A stretch of 64,000 nt of DNA from an uncultured Alphaproteobacteria bacterium (lineage in GTDB: Bacteria; Pseudomonadota; Alphaproteobacteria; Rhodobacterales; Rhodobacteraceae), in assembly GCA_902576905.1 (NCBI GenBank), contig CACGWW010000006.1, positions 1,093-65,092 on the forward strand. The letters run 5' to 3'. Every line of letters starts with the position of its first letter. The first letter of the stretch is position 1. Made by a program: the position numbers and the translations under genes. Below, piece by piece: positions 18,685 through 29,737 of the stretch. The notes under the pieces are model-generated. The model was not told the origin of the DNA. It was given only the letters and a program-made list of their open reading frames with translations, and ran no database searches.

Positions 18685-19812
18685 GTGTTGCAAGGTAAAA
18701 TTTTAACTCCAACAAAAAGAATAAGACGCACTCCCTTCTCTTCTAAAATAGAAGATCAGGTTAAGGGTGTAACAGTTTATAACCATATGATTTTACCGAC
18801 CATCTTTAAAGACGCTGAGGAAGACTGCCGACACTTGAAGAGTGAAGTTCAAGTATGGGATGTATCCGTCCAAAGACAAGTTGAAATTGTAGGAAAAGAC
18901 GCTGCAACGCTATTAGAACTCTTAACTCCAAGAAATGTAAAGGATATGAACCCAAACAAATGTCTTTACGCTCCGATGGTCAATCAAAATGGGGGTATGA
19001 TAAATGATCCTGTACTGTTAAGAGTAGATGAAGACCGTTACTGGATTTCTATAGCTGATAGTGATGTTCTTTTATGGGTTTCAGGAATTGCTGCTGCACT
19101 GAAATTAAATGTTGAGGTGTCAGAACCTTCAGTTGCGCCTCTGGCAATTCAGGGGCCTAAATCCAGGCTACTTATGAAAAGAATATTTGGAAATCAAATG
19201 GACTACTTCAGTTATTTTGACCTTAGAAAACTAAAGTTTGGAAAACACACTATCAATGTTGCTAGAACTGGTTGGTCCAAACAAGGTGGTTTTGAAATTT
19301 ATGTCGAAGGCACGGAATATGCCAATGAACTATGGGAGGAATTATTTGCAAATGGGAAGGATTTGAATGTTAGACCAGGATGTCCTAACCAGATCGAAAG
19401 GATTGAATCTGGACTTTTATCTTATGGATCTGATATGACTGTACAAAACTCTCCCTTCGAATGCGGTCTCGGCAGGTTTTGTCAAATTGATGCAAATTCA
19501 ACATGTATCGGTTCCGAAGCTCTTGAAAATATAGCACGTAATGGACCCTCGAAAGTATTGAGATACTTTGATGTTAAAGGCGATAAGGTGCCATTTTGTC
19601 ACGATCACTGGCCTATATTTAATAATAGAAAGGTGGGGGAGGTTACTTCTGGAATTTTTTCGACAGAGTTCAATACAAATGTTGCTATTGGCATTGTTGA
19701 CGTCGAGTACTCTATTGAGGGTACTAAGTTACAAGTCCTCATAGATAATAAGTTAAGAGATGCTTTTGTTAAAGAAAGACCCTTTAACCCTAAGCTAAAA
19801 CCGTTTATTTAA
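18685..19812 (+). CDS. dmdA: GcvT-family aminomethyltransferase, DMSP demethylase (DmdA)-like
   Basis: 375 aa with an N-terminal RIRRTPF and VWDVSVQRQVEIVGKDA, then GGMINDPVLL and WISIADSDVLLW. These resemble my recollection of Pelagibacter DmdA. The GcvT fold family is secure; DmdA specificity is tentative. Start is GTG 18685 or TTG 18688, downstream of AGGAG. Confidence 0.7.
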   Translation: MLQGKILTPTKRIRRTPFSSKIEDQVKGVTVYNHMILPTIFKDAEEDCRHLKSEVQVWDVSVQRQVEIVGKDAATLLELLTPRNVKDMNPNKCLYAPMVNQNGGMINDPVLLRVDEDRYWISIADSDVLLWVSGIAAALKLNVEVSEPSVAPLAIQGPKSRLLMKRIFGNQMDYFSYFDLRKLKFGKHTINVARTGWSKQGGFEIYVEGTEYANELWEELFANGKDLNVRPGCPNQIERIESGLLSYGSDMTVQNSPFECGLGRFCQIDANSTCIGSEALENIARNGPSKVLRYFDVKGDKVPFCHDHWPIFNNRKVGEVTSGIFSTEFNTNVAIGIVDVEYSIEGTKLQVLIDNKLRDAFVKERPFNPKLKPFI

Positions 19813-19819
19813 ATATATC

Positions 19820-21145
19820 ATGGATAAAAATTCTCCTAAGATCGGTTTTGTTAGCCTAGGTTGTCCCAAAGCATTAGTTGATTCGGAAGTTTTAATAAAC
19901 AAGCTCCAAACATTGGGTTATGGAATATCACAAACTTATGATATCGCCGATGCAGTGGTTGTAAATACGTGTGGTTTTCTTGACACAGCAAAAGCCGAAA
20001 GTTTGAATGCTATTGGTGAAGCCTTGAATGAAAACGGAAAAGTAATAGTAACTGGGTGTCTCGGCTCCACTCCAGAATTTATAAGGGACTCTCATCCAAA
20101 TGTGATGGCTATAACTGGACCGCAAAAGTTTAATGAAGTTTTGGACTCAATTACGGAGAATATTCCAATAAAGACCAACCCATTTGAAGCAAAACCTTCG
20201 TCGTCCTACGTCAAACTTACACCAAGACATTATAGTTATTTGAAAATCTCCGAGGGATGTAATCATAAATGCTCATTTTGTATTATTCCCTCTTTGAGGG
20301 GGCCTTTAAAATCTAGGTCAATGGCTTCAATACTATCTGAAGCAAAAAGTTTAGTTGAAAGGGGTACAAAAGAATTACTTATAATATCGCAAGATACTTC
20401 CGCTTACGGACTGGATCTAAAGTTTGAAGAGACACTCGTAAATGGGAAAAAACTTAAGACTAATATTTATAACCTAGTGAACGAGTTAGCGTCTCTTGGA
20501 GTATGGGTGAGACTTCACTATATTTATCCTTATCCTCATGTGAAGCAATTAATACCTCTTATGGATCAGAATACGGTCTTACCATATTTAGATGTCCCTT
20601 TTCAACATGCACACCCGGATGTATTAAAGAGAATGGCTCGGCCGTCAAATAAGGTGCATGATCTTGAACAAATTTCTGAGTGGCGTTCAATTAATCCAGA
20701 TCTTAGTATCAGATCAACTTTTATTGTAGGCTTCCCTGGAGAAACTGAAAGTGAGTTTAATTTTCTTCTTGATTGGTTAGAGGAAGCAAAAATTGATCGA
20801 GTGGGCTGCTTTAAATATGAAAACGTATCTGGTGCTCGATCAAACGAAATGGAGGATCACCTCCACCATGATATAATACAAGATCGATACGACCGTTTTA
20901 TGTCTAGGGCACAACAACTATCCCAGTTGAAGCTTAAAGAAAAAGTAGGCAAAACATTTACCTGTGTTATAGACTCTGTGGAAAAAGACCATCTTATATG
21001 TAGATCAATTTTTGACGCTCCAGAGATAGACGGCATAGTTTCCGTTCCAAACAAACAAAATCATCATCGCGTAGGTGAACATGTAACCGTTAAGATTATA
21101 GGCTCTTCCGAATATGACTTAGAAGGAAAGCTTCTTTTATACTAA
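19820..21145 (+). CDS. rimO: Ribosomal protein S12 methylthiotransferase
   Basis: UPF0004 domain ([10 protein letters not shown]), radical [11 protein letters not shown], and a C-terminal TRAM domain. Confidence 0.9.
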   Translation: MDKNSPKIGFVSLGCPKALVDSEVLINKLQTLGYGISQTYDIADAVVVNTCGFLDTAKAESLNAIGEALNENGKVIVTGCLGSTPEFIRDSHPNVMAITGPQKFNEVLDSITENIPIKTNPFEAKPSSSYVKLTPRHYSYLKISEGCNHKCSFCIIPSLRGPLKSRSMASILSEAKSLVERGTKELLIISQDTSAYGLDLKFEETLVNGKKLKTNIYNLVNELASLGVWVRLHYIYPYPHVKQLIPLMDQNTVLPYLDVPFQHAHPDVLKRMARPSNKVHDLEQISEWRSINPDLSIRSTFIVGFPGETESEFNFLLDWLEEAKIDRVGCFKYENVSGARSNEMEDHLHHDIIQDRYDRFMSRAQQLSQLKLKEKVGKTFTCVIDSVEKDHLICRSIFDAPEIDGIVSVPNKQNHHRVGEHVTVKIIGSSEYDLEGKLLLY

Positions 21146-23061
21146 GACTGTGGCTGGGACTTCAAGCCTCCACCTTTCTTTCTACCAGTTAAGCCAGTTT
21201 TTGGTATTGAAGTTACACTACTCTTATCCTGTTTATCGTCAGGTTCATCAAAATCATCTAAATCTCTATTAAGGGGTTTTCCAGACAGCACCTGTGTTAT
21301 TTCACTTCCTGTAAGAGTTTCATACTCTAGCAATCCATTAGCTAACAAATCTAGCTTCTTTTTTTCTTTCTTTAAAATATTTTTTGCTGTTGCGTAACCC
21401 TCATCGACGAGCTTTCTAACTTCAATATCAATCTTTTCCTGTGTTTCTGGACCAAGATGACTGCCAGGACTTGTTGGACCTAAATAAGTCTGCTGTTCAT
21501 TGGCATAATCGATATTTCCTAAATTATCAGACATCCCAAATTGCATTACCATTGCTCTAGCTATCTTAGTTATTTGTTGAATATCAGAACTTGCCCCAGA
21601 TGTTACGTTCTCAGGTCCAAAAACCATTTCTTCTGCAACTTTGCCTCCCATAGCCATTGCTATTTTCGATTTATATTTAGTTCTAGTGACAGATAACTGA
21701 TCTCGTTCGGGTAAACTTAATACCAAACCCAAAGCTCTTCCTCGAGGTATAATGGTGGCTTTGTGTATCGGATCATGCTGGGGAACATTTAATCCCACGA
21801 TCGCATGTCCCGCCTCATGATAAGCGGTCAATTTCTTTTCTTCGTCTGTCATAACCATGGATCTTCTCTCTGCGCCCATCATGACTTTATCTTTTGCATT
21901 TTCAAAATCTATCATAGCGACAAATCGTTTACCTGCCCTTGCTGCCATTAATGCTGCCTCATTTACAAGATTAGCAAGATCAGCACCAGAAAAACCAGGC
22001 GTTCCTCGAGCTATAATTCTTAAATCTATATCTGGTCCTAAAACGGTCTTCTTTGCGTGCACATTCAGTATTTTTGTACGGCCTTGTATATCAGGATTTG
22101 GTACCTGAACCTGTCTGTCAAATCGCCCAGGCCTCAAAAGCGCTGGATCTAAAACATCAGGTCTATTGGTAGCAGCAATTAATATAACTCCTTCGTTGGA
22201 CTCAAAACCATCCATTTCAACAAGGAGTTGATTAAGTGTCTGCTCTCTCTCATCGTTTCCACCACCATATCCAGCTCCTCTATGACGGCCTACCGCATCA
22301 ATTTCGTCAATAAATACTATGCAGGGTGCGTTTTTCTTTGCTTGGTCAAACATATCTCTCACTCTGCTTGCCCCTACTCCTACAAACATTTCAACAAAAT
22401 CTGAGCCAGATATAGTGAAAAAAGGCACACCAGCCTCTCCCGCGATGGCTCTAGCTAATAGTGTTTTACCCGTTCCAGGAGGCCCAACTAACAGCGCTCC
22501 TTTCGGTATTTTCCCGCCGAGCCGTCCAAATTTTTGAGGGTCTTTTAGGAACTCTACTATCTCTTCCAGCTCATCCTTTGCTTCATCGATACCAGCCACA
22601 TCGTTGAATGTTACTTTACCATGTTTTTCAGTTAGAAGTTTAGCCTTGGACTTCCCAAAGCTCATGGCGCCTCCGCGACCACCTCCTTGCATTCGATTCA
22701 TTAAGTAGAGCCATACACCTATAAGTAAAATAAAGGGCAACCAAACGCTTACCGCACTCATAAGTCCTGACTTTTCCTGCTTCACAGCACGAACTTCGAC
22801 ATCTGATCTGCTTAAAACTTCTATTAAATTTGTACCAAGTGGCTGTACAACTTCATATCTTGTTCCATCTGCTGCTCTTACATGTATGGTTTCTCCATCA
22901 AGAACAACTTCGGACACCTTTCCTGAACCAACTTGATCCAAAAACTGAGAAAAAGATATTTCTCTTTTGTTGTTAATTGTGTTGCCGCTGAAAACGTTGA
23001 ATAAAGCGACTAGCAGAAAAAATAAAATTACCCAGAAGGCTATGTTTCGAAAGTTATTCAT
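21142..23061 (-). CDS. ftsH: ATP-dependent zinc metalloprotease FtsH
   Basis: Two N-terminal TM segments, AAA+ Walker A GPPGTGKT, the SRH, and the zinc motif HEAGHA. Confidence 0.95.
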   Translation of the reverse strand: MNNFRNIAFWVILFFLLVALFNVFSGNTINNKREISFSQFLDQVGSGKVSEVVLDGETIHVRAADGTRYEVVQPLGTNLIEVLSRSDVEVRAVKQEKSGLMSAVSVWLPFILLIGVWLYLMNRMQGGGRGGAMSFGKSKAKLLTEKHGKVTFNDVAGIDEAKDELEEIVEFLKDPQKFGRLGGKIPKGALLVGPPGTGKTLLARAIAGEAGVPFFTISGSDFVEMFVGVGASRVRDMFDQAKKNAPCIVFIDEIDAVGRHRGAGYGGGNDEREQTLNQLLVEMDGFESNEGVILIAATNRPDVLDPALLRPGRFDRQVQVPNPDIQGRTKILNVHAKKTVLGPDIDLRIIARGTPGFSGADLANLVNEAALMAARAGKRFVAMIDFENAKDKVMMGAERRSMVMTDEEKKLTAYHEAGHAIVGLNVPQHDPIHKATIIPRGRALGLVLSLPERDQLSVTRTKYKSKIAMAMGGKVAEEMVFGPENVTSGASSDIQQITKIARAMVMQFGMSDNLGNIDYANEQQTYLGPTSPGSHLGPETQEKIDIEVRKLVDEGYATAKNILKKEKKKLDLLANGLLEYETLTGSEITQVLSGKPLNRDLDDFDEPDDKQDKSSVTSIPKTGLTGRKKGGGLKSQPQS

Positions 23062-23132
23062 ATGTTTGATACCGACTTTTTTGTTCTCTAATGGCTTATA
23101 AGTATGCTAAAAAAAAGCAAATTCAACTGTTT

Positions 23133-24407
23133 TTAAAAGAATTTGTAAAACTCAGCATCCTTATTTAGTAATTTTATGTCAACATCATAGTCCAAATTAG
23201 AGAGAGGCACAAATTTAACACCTTTATTTGTTGTTATTGCCGGAATTGTTGCCAATGCAGTTTTATCAAATTCACTAGTGATAAAGAATCTATGGTCATC
23301 AAGACATAACAACCCGTAAGGCTTTACATATAATTTTCCTTGTGATTTTGATTTTAACGTAATTAGCCATCTGTTATCCCAAATAAATTTTTCTTCTTTT
23401 ACTAAATAATTTTTTTCAATGGACGCTAATTCTCGTGTGACGGTTATTTTATCATTTTCTTTCTTAAAAACTGTCCCACCTAAAGTGGCACCGGTCAGTT
23501 TACCGTTAAGTATTTTGTTATGCATATTCTCAAGCTGTGAAAAACGGGGTTTGTAGAATTTTCCTGAAAACCAGGAGATTATACCCGAAAGCACTCTTAA
23601 TTGTGTGTCCTCAAACAGCTTAGAAAATTTTTCAACTTCGAAAGTAATCTGACCGACATCATTAAACGATAAAAGTGTTTTGGAATTTTGTTTTGCTATT
23701 TCCTTAGATAGCTTCGAGGCCCTTGACATGTGATCAGCTGTTTTTACAAAATTTGGGGCTATGAGACCATCAGATTTTAGTTGCTTGAGAAGTTTTCTCA
23801 TCTTCACTCGCTGATATTTATCATCATGATTTGAGGGATCATCTATCCAACTATAATTATTATTTCTCAAGTAATTTCGTAACTCTTCTTTTCTATATTT
23901 TAATAATGGCCTTATCCATAAAATCTCATTTCTGACGACCATATTTTCCATACTAGCTAATCCATCTACACCAGATCCTCGTAAGAATCTGATAAGAAGG
24001 TTCTCCTCTTGGTCGTCCAATGTATGGCCAACAAGGATGCATTGTAAATCATTTGAGATAGCCCAATTCCTTAATAATTGATATCTTGCTAATCGAGCAT
24101 TGTCTTGCAAATTTCCTCGTGCCTTTAATATGTTCTTGGTTGGTTTTAAAGAAAAATGTTTAACTCCTTTCATTTCACAGATTTTCTTTACAAACTCAAC
24201 CTCTGCTTTACTCTCTGATCTCAACCCATGATCTACCGATGCTACCAATATCTCAGGCTTATTTTCAGCTTCCCACTCTGTTATAATATGAAAAAGAGCT
24301 ATTGAGTCACTGCCACCTGAAACGGCTATTCCAAAAGAACTTAGTTTCAGACTAGCTAAGTTCCTAATGACCTGCTCAATCATTTTTCCGCTATCTTGGT
24401 TGATCAC
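23133..24407 (-). CDS. tilS: tRNA(Ile)-lysidine synthetase
   Basis: PP-loop SGGSDS near the N-terminus, in the conserved position between cpoB and ftsH. Confidence 0.85.
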   Translation of the reverse strand: MINQDSGKMIEQVIRNLASLKLSSFGIAVSGGSDSIALFHIITEWEAENKPEILVASVDHGLRSESKAEVEFVKKICEMKGVKHFSLKPTKNILKARGNLQDNARLARYQLLRNWAISNDLQCILVGHTLDDQEENLLIRFLRGSGVDGLASMENMVVRNEILWIRPLLKYRKEELRNYLRNNNYSWIDDPSNHDDKYQRVKMRKLLKQLKSDGLIAPNFVKTADHMSRASKLSKEIAKQNSKTLLSFNDVGQITFEVEKFSKLFEDTQLRVLSGIISWFSGKFYKPRFSQLENMHNKILNGKLTGATLGGTVFKKENDKITVTRELASIEKNYLVKEEKFIWDNRWLITLKSKSQGKLYVKPYGLLCLDDHRFFITSEFDKTALATIPAITTNKGVKFVPLSNLDYDVDIKLLNKDAEFYKFF

Positions 24408-25188
24408 AGTTTAAGAGATTTTTTGCTTTTACAATTTCAACCAACAAAGTTCTTTCAATATTTTCAAATCTTGACCCAACTTCATCAAGAGTTAAACATG
24501 CTTGTTCCTTCTCTCCAATGGCTCCTAAACTGACCCCCAAACCAAATAATGTTTTAGCAGCAGTCTCTCCATCCGGATTAATTGTAAAACTCTCTAAATA
24601 ATCATTGGCAGCACCAATCCAGTTTTCATCTTTTACTCTAGTTTCCGCTCTCCAGAATAAAGCAGCCGAAAGTTTTCCACTAGTTGGGAAACTTTCTATA
24701 AATTCTGAGAAACGTTGCTCTGCCATAATCGTTTGACCGCTATCAAAAAGTTCTAATGCGCTCATGTACAGTTCTTCCTCTCTGCTAAAAACTTCAAGGT
24801 TCTCTAAAGACGCAGAGCTGTCTATTAGGGGCTGGATTACTGTCTCTGTTTGAATATTTTCGTTTGAGCCTTCAATGTTTTCAAGATCGGTTGTATCCGA
24901 GTTTAATATTGAAGCTTTCAAATTTTTTAGTTCCTTGTAATAGTTATTTTCTAAGATTTCAAATCTATTGTGTAGCTTTTTGATATCATTCTCTATTTCA
25001 GTCATCTTTAAAAATTGCCATTCAAACTTATCTTCAACAACGTTTTTCATCTTTAAGTCGAGTATTTCCTTTTCAAGTAATAGTAATCTTTTTTGAAGGG
25101 CTTCCAATTCAGGAGCTTCACTTGCTAATGAGTTGCTAACGTATAATAAAAACGGTGTTAAAATAATAATTAATGATCTTAAAAGCAT
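24391..25188 (-). CDS. cpoB: Tol-Pal system protein CpoB/YbgF
   Basis: Signal peptide, coiled-coil N-terminal half and TPR-like C-terminal half, immediately downstream of pal. Confidence 0.75.
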   Translation of the reverse strand: MLLRSLIIILTPFLLYVSNSLASEAPELEALQKRLLLLEKEILDLKMKNVVEDKFEWQFLKMTEIENDIKKLHNRFEILENNYYKELKNLKASILNSDTTDLENIEGSNENIQTETVIQPLIDSSASLENLEVFSREEELYMSALELFDSGQTIMAEQRFSEFIESFPTSGKLSAALFWRAETRVKDENWIGAANDYLESFTINPDGETAAKTLFGLGVSLGAIGEKEQACLTLDEVGSRFENIERTLLVEIVKAKNLLNCDQPR

Positions 25189-25209
25189 AATAAGTTTGTA
25201 ATCTCTGTT

Positions 25210-25686
25210 TCAATCACTGCTCAACAATTTTTTTCCGACTACTGTTACTGCTCTACGATTTTTGGACCAGCACTCCTCGTTGGAACAAACACGCAAAGGT
25301 CTCTCTTTTCCATAGGTAACTATACTGATCCGATCTTGCTCAATTCCTTTGGCTAAAAGAAATTCTCTAACTGCAGTAGCTCTTCGTGCACCGAGAGCTA
25401 AATTATATTCTCTTGTTCCCTGTTCATCAGCGTGTCCTTCTATAGTGATGGGTAAAAACTTCTTTTCCTTAAGCCAATTCACTTGTGCATTTAAAATACT
25501 TATGGCGTCTGGCCGTAATCCACTTTGGTCAACAGTAAATAGAACTGTGTCTCCCACTAAGTTTTGGAAATATTCTATATCACTTTCAGAGATTTGTGCT
25601 TTATCAAGTGAGTTTGTAAAACTCTTATCATTTTCGCATCCCACAAGCAGTAGGATGACGAAAAAAGCAAGTCCAATATTTTTCAT
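25210..25686 (-). CDS. pal: Peptidoglycan-associated lipoprotein Pal
   Basis: Lipobox LLVGC and an OmpA-like C-terminal domain (GHADEQGTREYNLALGARRA). Confidence 0.9.
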   Translation of the reverse strand: MKNIGLAFFVILLLVGCENDKSFTNSLDKAQISESDIEYFQNLVGDTVLFTVDQSGLRPDAISILNAQVNWLKEKKFLPITIEGHADEQGTREYNLALGARRATAVREFLLAKGIEQDRISIVTYGKERPLRVCSNEECWSKNRRAVTVVGKKLLSSD

Positions 25687-25750
25687 AATTTTTGCCTCGT
25701 CTACTGTTCGAATTTTATGTCTTTTATAACATAAATCTTAAACGATAACA

Positions 25751-27100
25751 TTAATTTAAAATTGGAGACCAATTAGGGTCCGAAGCGAAGGAAGAAGTTT
25801 TTATTTTTCTAAGATTTCGTCCAGATATGTCAATTGAGTAAATAGAAGGTGCTCCGGCACTACCTGGTGTTTCCCTGAAAAACATTAAGACTCTGCCATT
25901 TGGAGCCCAAGCAGGGCCTTCATCAAGAAATGACGTAGTCAGTAACCTTTCTTTTGTTCCATCAACCCGCATCACTCCAATATGAAATTTTCCCTCTTTA
26001 ATCTTTGTAAATGCAATCAGGTCACCTCTTGGTGACCAAACGGGAGTAGCATATCTACCTTTGCCAAAACTTATCCTTTTTGCATCTCCTCCTTGTGTAG
26101 AAATAATATAAAGTTGTTGCCCACCTCCTCTATCACTTTCAAAAACAATACTCTTCCCATCTGGTGAAAAGCTTGGCGCGGTATCAATCGCGTTGTTTGT
26201 TGTAAGTCTTCTTTTCACTCCCGTAGACAAAGTATTTATAAAAATATCGGTATTACCATTTTCAGTCATTGATAATACTATTTGACTACCATCCGCAGAG
26301 AACCTGGGAGCAAAACTCATTCCCTTTAATTCAGGGAGAGAGGTTATCTCTTCTGAGCTAAGATCCATCAAATAAACCCTTGGCTTACCTGTTTCGTATC
26401 CAGTAAAAATAATTTTATTGGTAGTCGGTGAAAAGCGTGGCGCAATTACTAAAGAAGGTGGGTGCTTTAATAACCTGAAATTTGCTCCATCTTGATCCAT
26501 AATAGCGAGCCTCTTCGTTCTATTATCCTTTGGCCCCGTCTCAGAAACAAAAACAACTCTGCTATCAAAGTATGCTCCTTCACCTGTAACTCTGGTATAT
26601 ATTGTATCAGAGATTTTATGTGAAATTCTTCTCCAACTTTCCGAATTTGTGAAGTACTGCTTTCCTTTTCCAATTTCTTTTTGCTGAGATACATCCCACA
26701 ATCTGAACTTAACTTCCAAGCGACCATCAGGCTTCAAACCAACAGATCCCATAACCAAAACATCAGCATTAATTATCGACCAGTCACTAAACTGTACTGG
26801 TGTATTGAAACTCAATGGCATACTGACGTAAGCAGACTGTGGGATAGATTTAAATAATCCGGTGCTATCAAGATTATTTGAGATTACTTTTGCTAGTTCT
26901 CTGCTTATAATCGAGTTTGCACCGCTTTCTTTAATAAAGCTTGGAACGGCTAGTGATAAAGGTTTTATTACCCCCCTATTTACTGTCATGTCAAGCTTTG
27001 GAGCGTCATTTTTCTGAGCGGCTACAAAGCTAGAGTTTATGAATAAGATGCTTGTAAAAGAAAAAATCTTTAGGAATTTTAAAACACTTTGTCTAACCAT
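25751..27100 (-). CDS. tolB: Tol-Pal system beta-propeller protein TolB
   Basis: 449 aa with a signal peptide and repeated propeller motifs ([27 protein letters not shown]). Confidence 0.9.
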   Translation of the reverse strand: MVRQSVLKFLKIFSFTSILFINSSFVAAQKNDAPKLDMTVNRGVIKPLSLAVPSFIKESGANSIISRELAKVISNNLDSTGLFKSIPQSAYVSMPLSFNTPVQFSDWSIINADVLVMGSVGLKPDGRLEVKFRLWDVSQQKEIGKGKQYFTNSESWRRISHKISDTIYTRVTGEGAYFDSRVVFVSETGPKDNRTKRLAIMDQDGANFRLLKHPPSLVIAPRFSPTTNKIIFTGYETGKPRVYLMDLSSEEITSLPELKGMSFAPRFSADGSQIVLSMTENGNTDIFINTLSTGVKRRLTTNNAIDTAPSFSPDGKSIVFESDRGGGQQLYIISTQGGDAKRISFGKGRYATPVWSPRGDLIAFTKIKEGKFHIGVMRVDGTKERLLTTSFLDEGPAWAPNGRVLMFFRETPGSAGAPSIYSIDISGRNLRKIKTSSFASDPNWSPILN

Positions 27101-28091
27101 TATTTACACCCACATTTGTTTCAGGATCAAATACTACTCTTAAGACCAAACCTCTAGGAAAGCTTTCCTTTGGAACTGGAAAAGGAGACGACTCTAAAAC
27201 CGCTTTGATAGCAGATCTTTTCGCTATTAGAAAGTTTCCAGAGGCTTTTTGTGGATAAACCAGCTTTATTGGACCGCTTATATATCCATTCTTATCAATC
27301 TTTAACTCCAAAATAATTACATACTTTTCATAATTTGCTAGTCTATTTATCGAAACAACATTCCAATTCTCGTTTAACTTCTGAAGAATCCTGGCCTTAG
27401 TCAATCTTTGGATTGAAGTTTCTAAAACTTTTTCGTTTTTCTTATTATTAACCACTTGTTCGATTAAGTTATCATACACTTCATTACTGTTTTTTTGTAA
27501 TGTAGTTTCATTAGTGTCATCCTGATCGCTTAACTCAACAAATGTCGGTCTCGATGGGGGTAATTTTGCAATATTTAAGGCACCAGAAATAATCTCCACA
27601 TTTTTACCTTCTGACGAAATATGTGAACTAGTATTCTTTCGTTTTGCTTGATCATTATTTTGTTTTTCTGAAGAGTCTTTCTTTTGAATAGACCTGCTTA
27701 CTCTTTCTTTAACCTGCTCTTCAACGTCATCCTCCCCCCTTTGAGCACGATTTGTTATAATTTCATCACTCGTCTTACGCTTTTTAATTTCAATTATATT
27801 CGGCTCTGTTACACCTTTTATTTCATTGCCAACATTTTCCTTGGGAGGAATGGATATTTTTTTTGGATTATTACTGGAGTCGGTAACAGTTCTTGGCTGA
27901 AAGTTTTCGACTTCGAGAGCACTTGTTGTTTTCAACGCAGTGAGTTCATTAAGCTCTTGCTCAGATAATAATTTTATACTTACTTTATTTAACGCTTCAT
28001 TTGGATTTTCTTCTAATAATTGAAAATTTGCTATTAATAAAAAACCTCCAAAAATATGAAAAAATCCAGAAGTATAAAGACCTTGTCTCAT
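27093..28091 (-). CDS. tolA: TolA-like protein
   Basis: N-terminal TM anchor, a charged Lys/Glu/Asn-rich linker and a compact C-terminal domain. Located between tolR and tolB. Confidence 0.6.
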   Translation of the reverse strand: MRQGLYTSGFFHIFGGFLLIANFQLLEENPNEALNKVSIKLLSEQELNELTALKTTSALEVENFQPRTVTDSSNNPKKISIPPKENVGNEIKGVTEPNIIEIKKRKTSDEIITNRAQRGEDDVEEQVKERVSRSIQKKDSSEKQNNDQAKRKNTSSHISSEGKNVEIISGALNIAKLPPSRPTFVELSDQDDTNETTLQKNSNEVYDNLIEQVVNNKKNEKVLETSIQRLTKARILQKLNENWNVVSINRLANYEKYVIILELKIDKNGYISGPIKLVYPQKASGNFLIAKRSAIKAVLESSPFPVPKESFPRGLVLRVVFDPETNVGVNNG

Positions 28092-28108
28092 GTTTAATTC
28101 CGTTTGTG

Positions 28109-28555
28109 TTATTCTACATCGGTAACTAATGATATCTGAGAATACCCAATATTGCTGATTAGAGCCAGAATGGCTGCAACATTCTGATACTCGATATCTT
28201 TACTAGCTCTCAAATAAATCTCATCCGATTCTCTCTCTTTTTTAATCGCCAAAAGCTTAGAACGGAGCTCACTTTTTTCTATTTTCACTTCATTTATGAA
28301 AAGATTGCTTTCACCATCCAGCGTAAGAGTAAGAGGTCTTTCTTTTTCAGTTTCTAGTGGTTTTGCTTGAGTACTGGGCAAATCAACCTCTATGCCTACG
28401 CTCAACAGAGGCGCTGCTACCATGAATATAATCAAAAGCACCAACATTATATCAACAAAAGGTGTCACATTAATTTCTGACATTGGTACAAAATTCCTGC
28501 TAGAATATTTTTGCCTTTTTTTTGTGCGGCTTTCCGACTTTGATCCCATTTGCAT
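28109..28555 (-). CDS. tolR: Tol system protein TolR (ExbD family)
   Basis: The SEINVTPFVDIMLVLLIIFM motif and its position in the cluster. Confidence 0.85.
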   Translation of the reverse strand: MQMGSKSESRTKKRQKYSSRNFVPMSEINVTPFVDIMLVLLIIFMVAAPLLSVGIEVDLPSTQAKPLETEKERPLTLTLDGESNLFINEVKIEKSELRSKLLAIKKERESDEIYLRASKDIEYQNVAAILALISNIGYSQISLVTDVE

Positions 28556-28557
28556 AC

Positions 28558-29268
28558 TTAATCTTTATGATTTTTATTCATGTCAATGTGCCTTGAAATT
28601 ATAACAGAGAATTCTTCTGAAAATTCTTCTACCCCATTTATAATTTTTTGAGAGTCACCTGAGAGCTTATTATAGAACACAACTGCAGGGATTGCCGCTA
28701 GTAGCCCTAAAGCTGTAGCCAATAGGGCTTCAGCAATACCAGGAGCTACTACCGCTAAATTACTACTCTCTTGAATTGCAATTTCTTGAAAGGCATTTTT
28801 GATACCCCAAACAGTACCAAATAAGCCCACAAAGGGTGCAACTGATCCAACTGTAGCAAGAAAATATAATCCGGAGCTTAGTTTCTCGTTCCACCGATCT
28901 AATACAACATACATTGCTCTCTCTAACCTAGACTGCACTCCGTCTATTAGTTTTCCATCTCCGTCTGAGGATCTTTGCCATTCATCCATCGCAGCACAAA
29001 ATATTTGTTCACAAGCACCTTTGGGGTCGTCTTTTTTTTCGTTATACAATTCTTCTAAAGAGCCCCCAGACCAAAACTCATCTAAAAAAACTTTCTTTTC
29101 TCTTTTTGATTTTCTGTAATCTAAAATTTTCTGAATAATGATTGCCCAAGACCAAAAAGAGGAAAAAATCAAAATCAACATTACTACTTTTACAGTAAAT
29201 GTGGCCTTGAGGAAAAGAGCTATAAAGGAGAAGTCTAGCGACTGACTCTGCAACAAAGATTCTTCCAT
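28558..29268 (-). CDS. tolQ: Tol system protein TolQ (MotA/ExbB family)
   Basis: Three TM segments and the GLFGTVWGI and APGIAEAL motifs. Confidence 0.9.
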   Translation of the reverse strand: MEESLLQSQSLDFSFIALFLKATFTVKVVMLILIFSSFWSWAIIIQKILDYRKSKREKKVFLDEFWSGGSLEELYNEKKDDPKGACEQIFCAAMDEWQRSSDGDGKLIDGVQSRLERAMYVVLDRWNEKLSSGLYFLATVGSVAPFVGLFGTVWGIKNAFQEIAIQESSNLAVVAPGIAEALLATALGLLAAIPAVVFYNKLSGDSQKIINGVEEFSEEFSVIISRHIDMNKNHKD

Positions 29269-29273
29269 ATTTT

Positions 29274-29720
29274 CTATTCTCCTATTTTCTTTTTAGAAAA
29301 TTTAAAAAACTTCTCTATTTTATGTACAAAATCGGCTGAGAATCTTTCAGGTTTGCCCAAAGAATTTAGTAGTGCTAGCCTTACATCACAGTCAAAAATT
29401 CTTTTGTTATCTTTCAAAATCTCCTGTCTTAGCATCATGCTGGCTCTTTTAATTTCTATCAAAGTCGTACGAATTACTAACTTATCTCCAAAATACGCAG
29501 GCAATAAGTAATCGGCTATAATATTTTTAACAACGAAAAATCTATTTTCTGCTACGAGCAATGCTCTCTGATCAATGTGCAAGAATTCAATGAACTTGCT
29601 TCTCGCACGCTCAATAAATTTCAAGTAGTTGGCATGATATACTCTTCCACCCATATCTGTATCCTCGTAGAAAACTTCACATTTATATTGAAACATTTTT
29701 TCTTCCAATTTACTTTCCAC
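29274..29720 (-). CDS. ybgC: Tol-Pal-associated acyl-CoA thioesterase YbgC (hotdog fold)
   Basis: The 4HBT-type N-terminus (VFYEDTDMGGRVYHANY), directly upstream of tolQ. Confidence 0.8.
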   Translation of the reverse strand: MESKLEEKMFQYKCEVFYEDTDMGGRVYHANYLKFIERARSKFIEFLHIDQRALLVAENRFFVVKNIIADYLLPAYFGDKLVIRTTLIEIKRASMMLRQEILKDNKRIFDCDVRLALLNSLGKPERFSADFVHKIEKFFKFSKKKIGE

Positions 29721-29737
29721 CTAATCACCTGGTTTTT

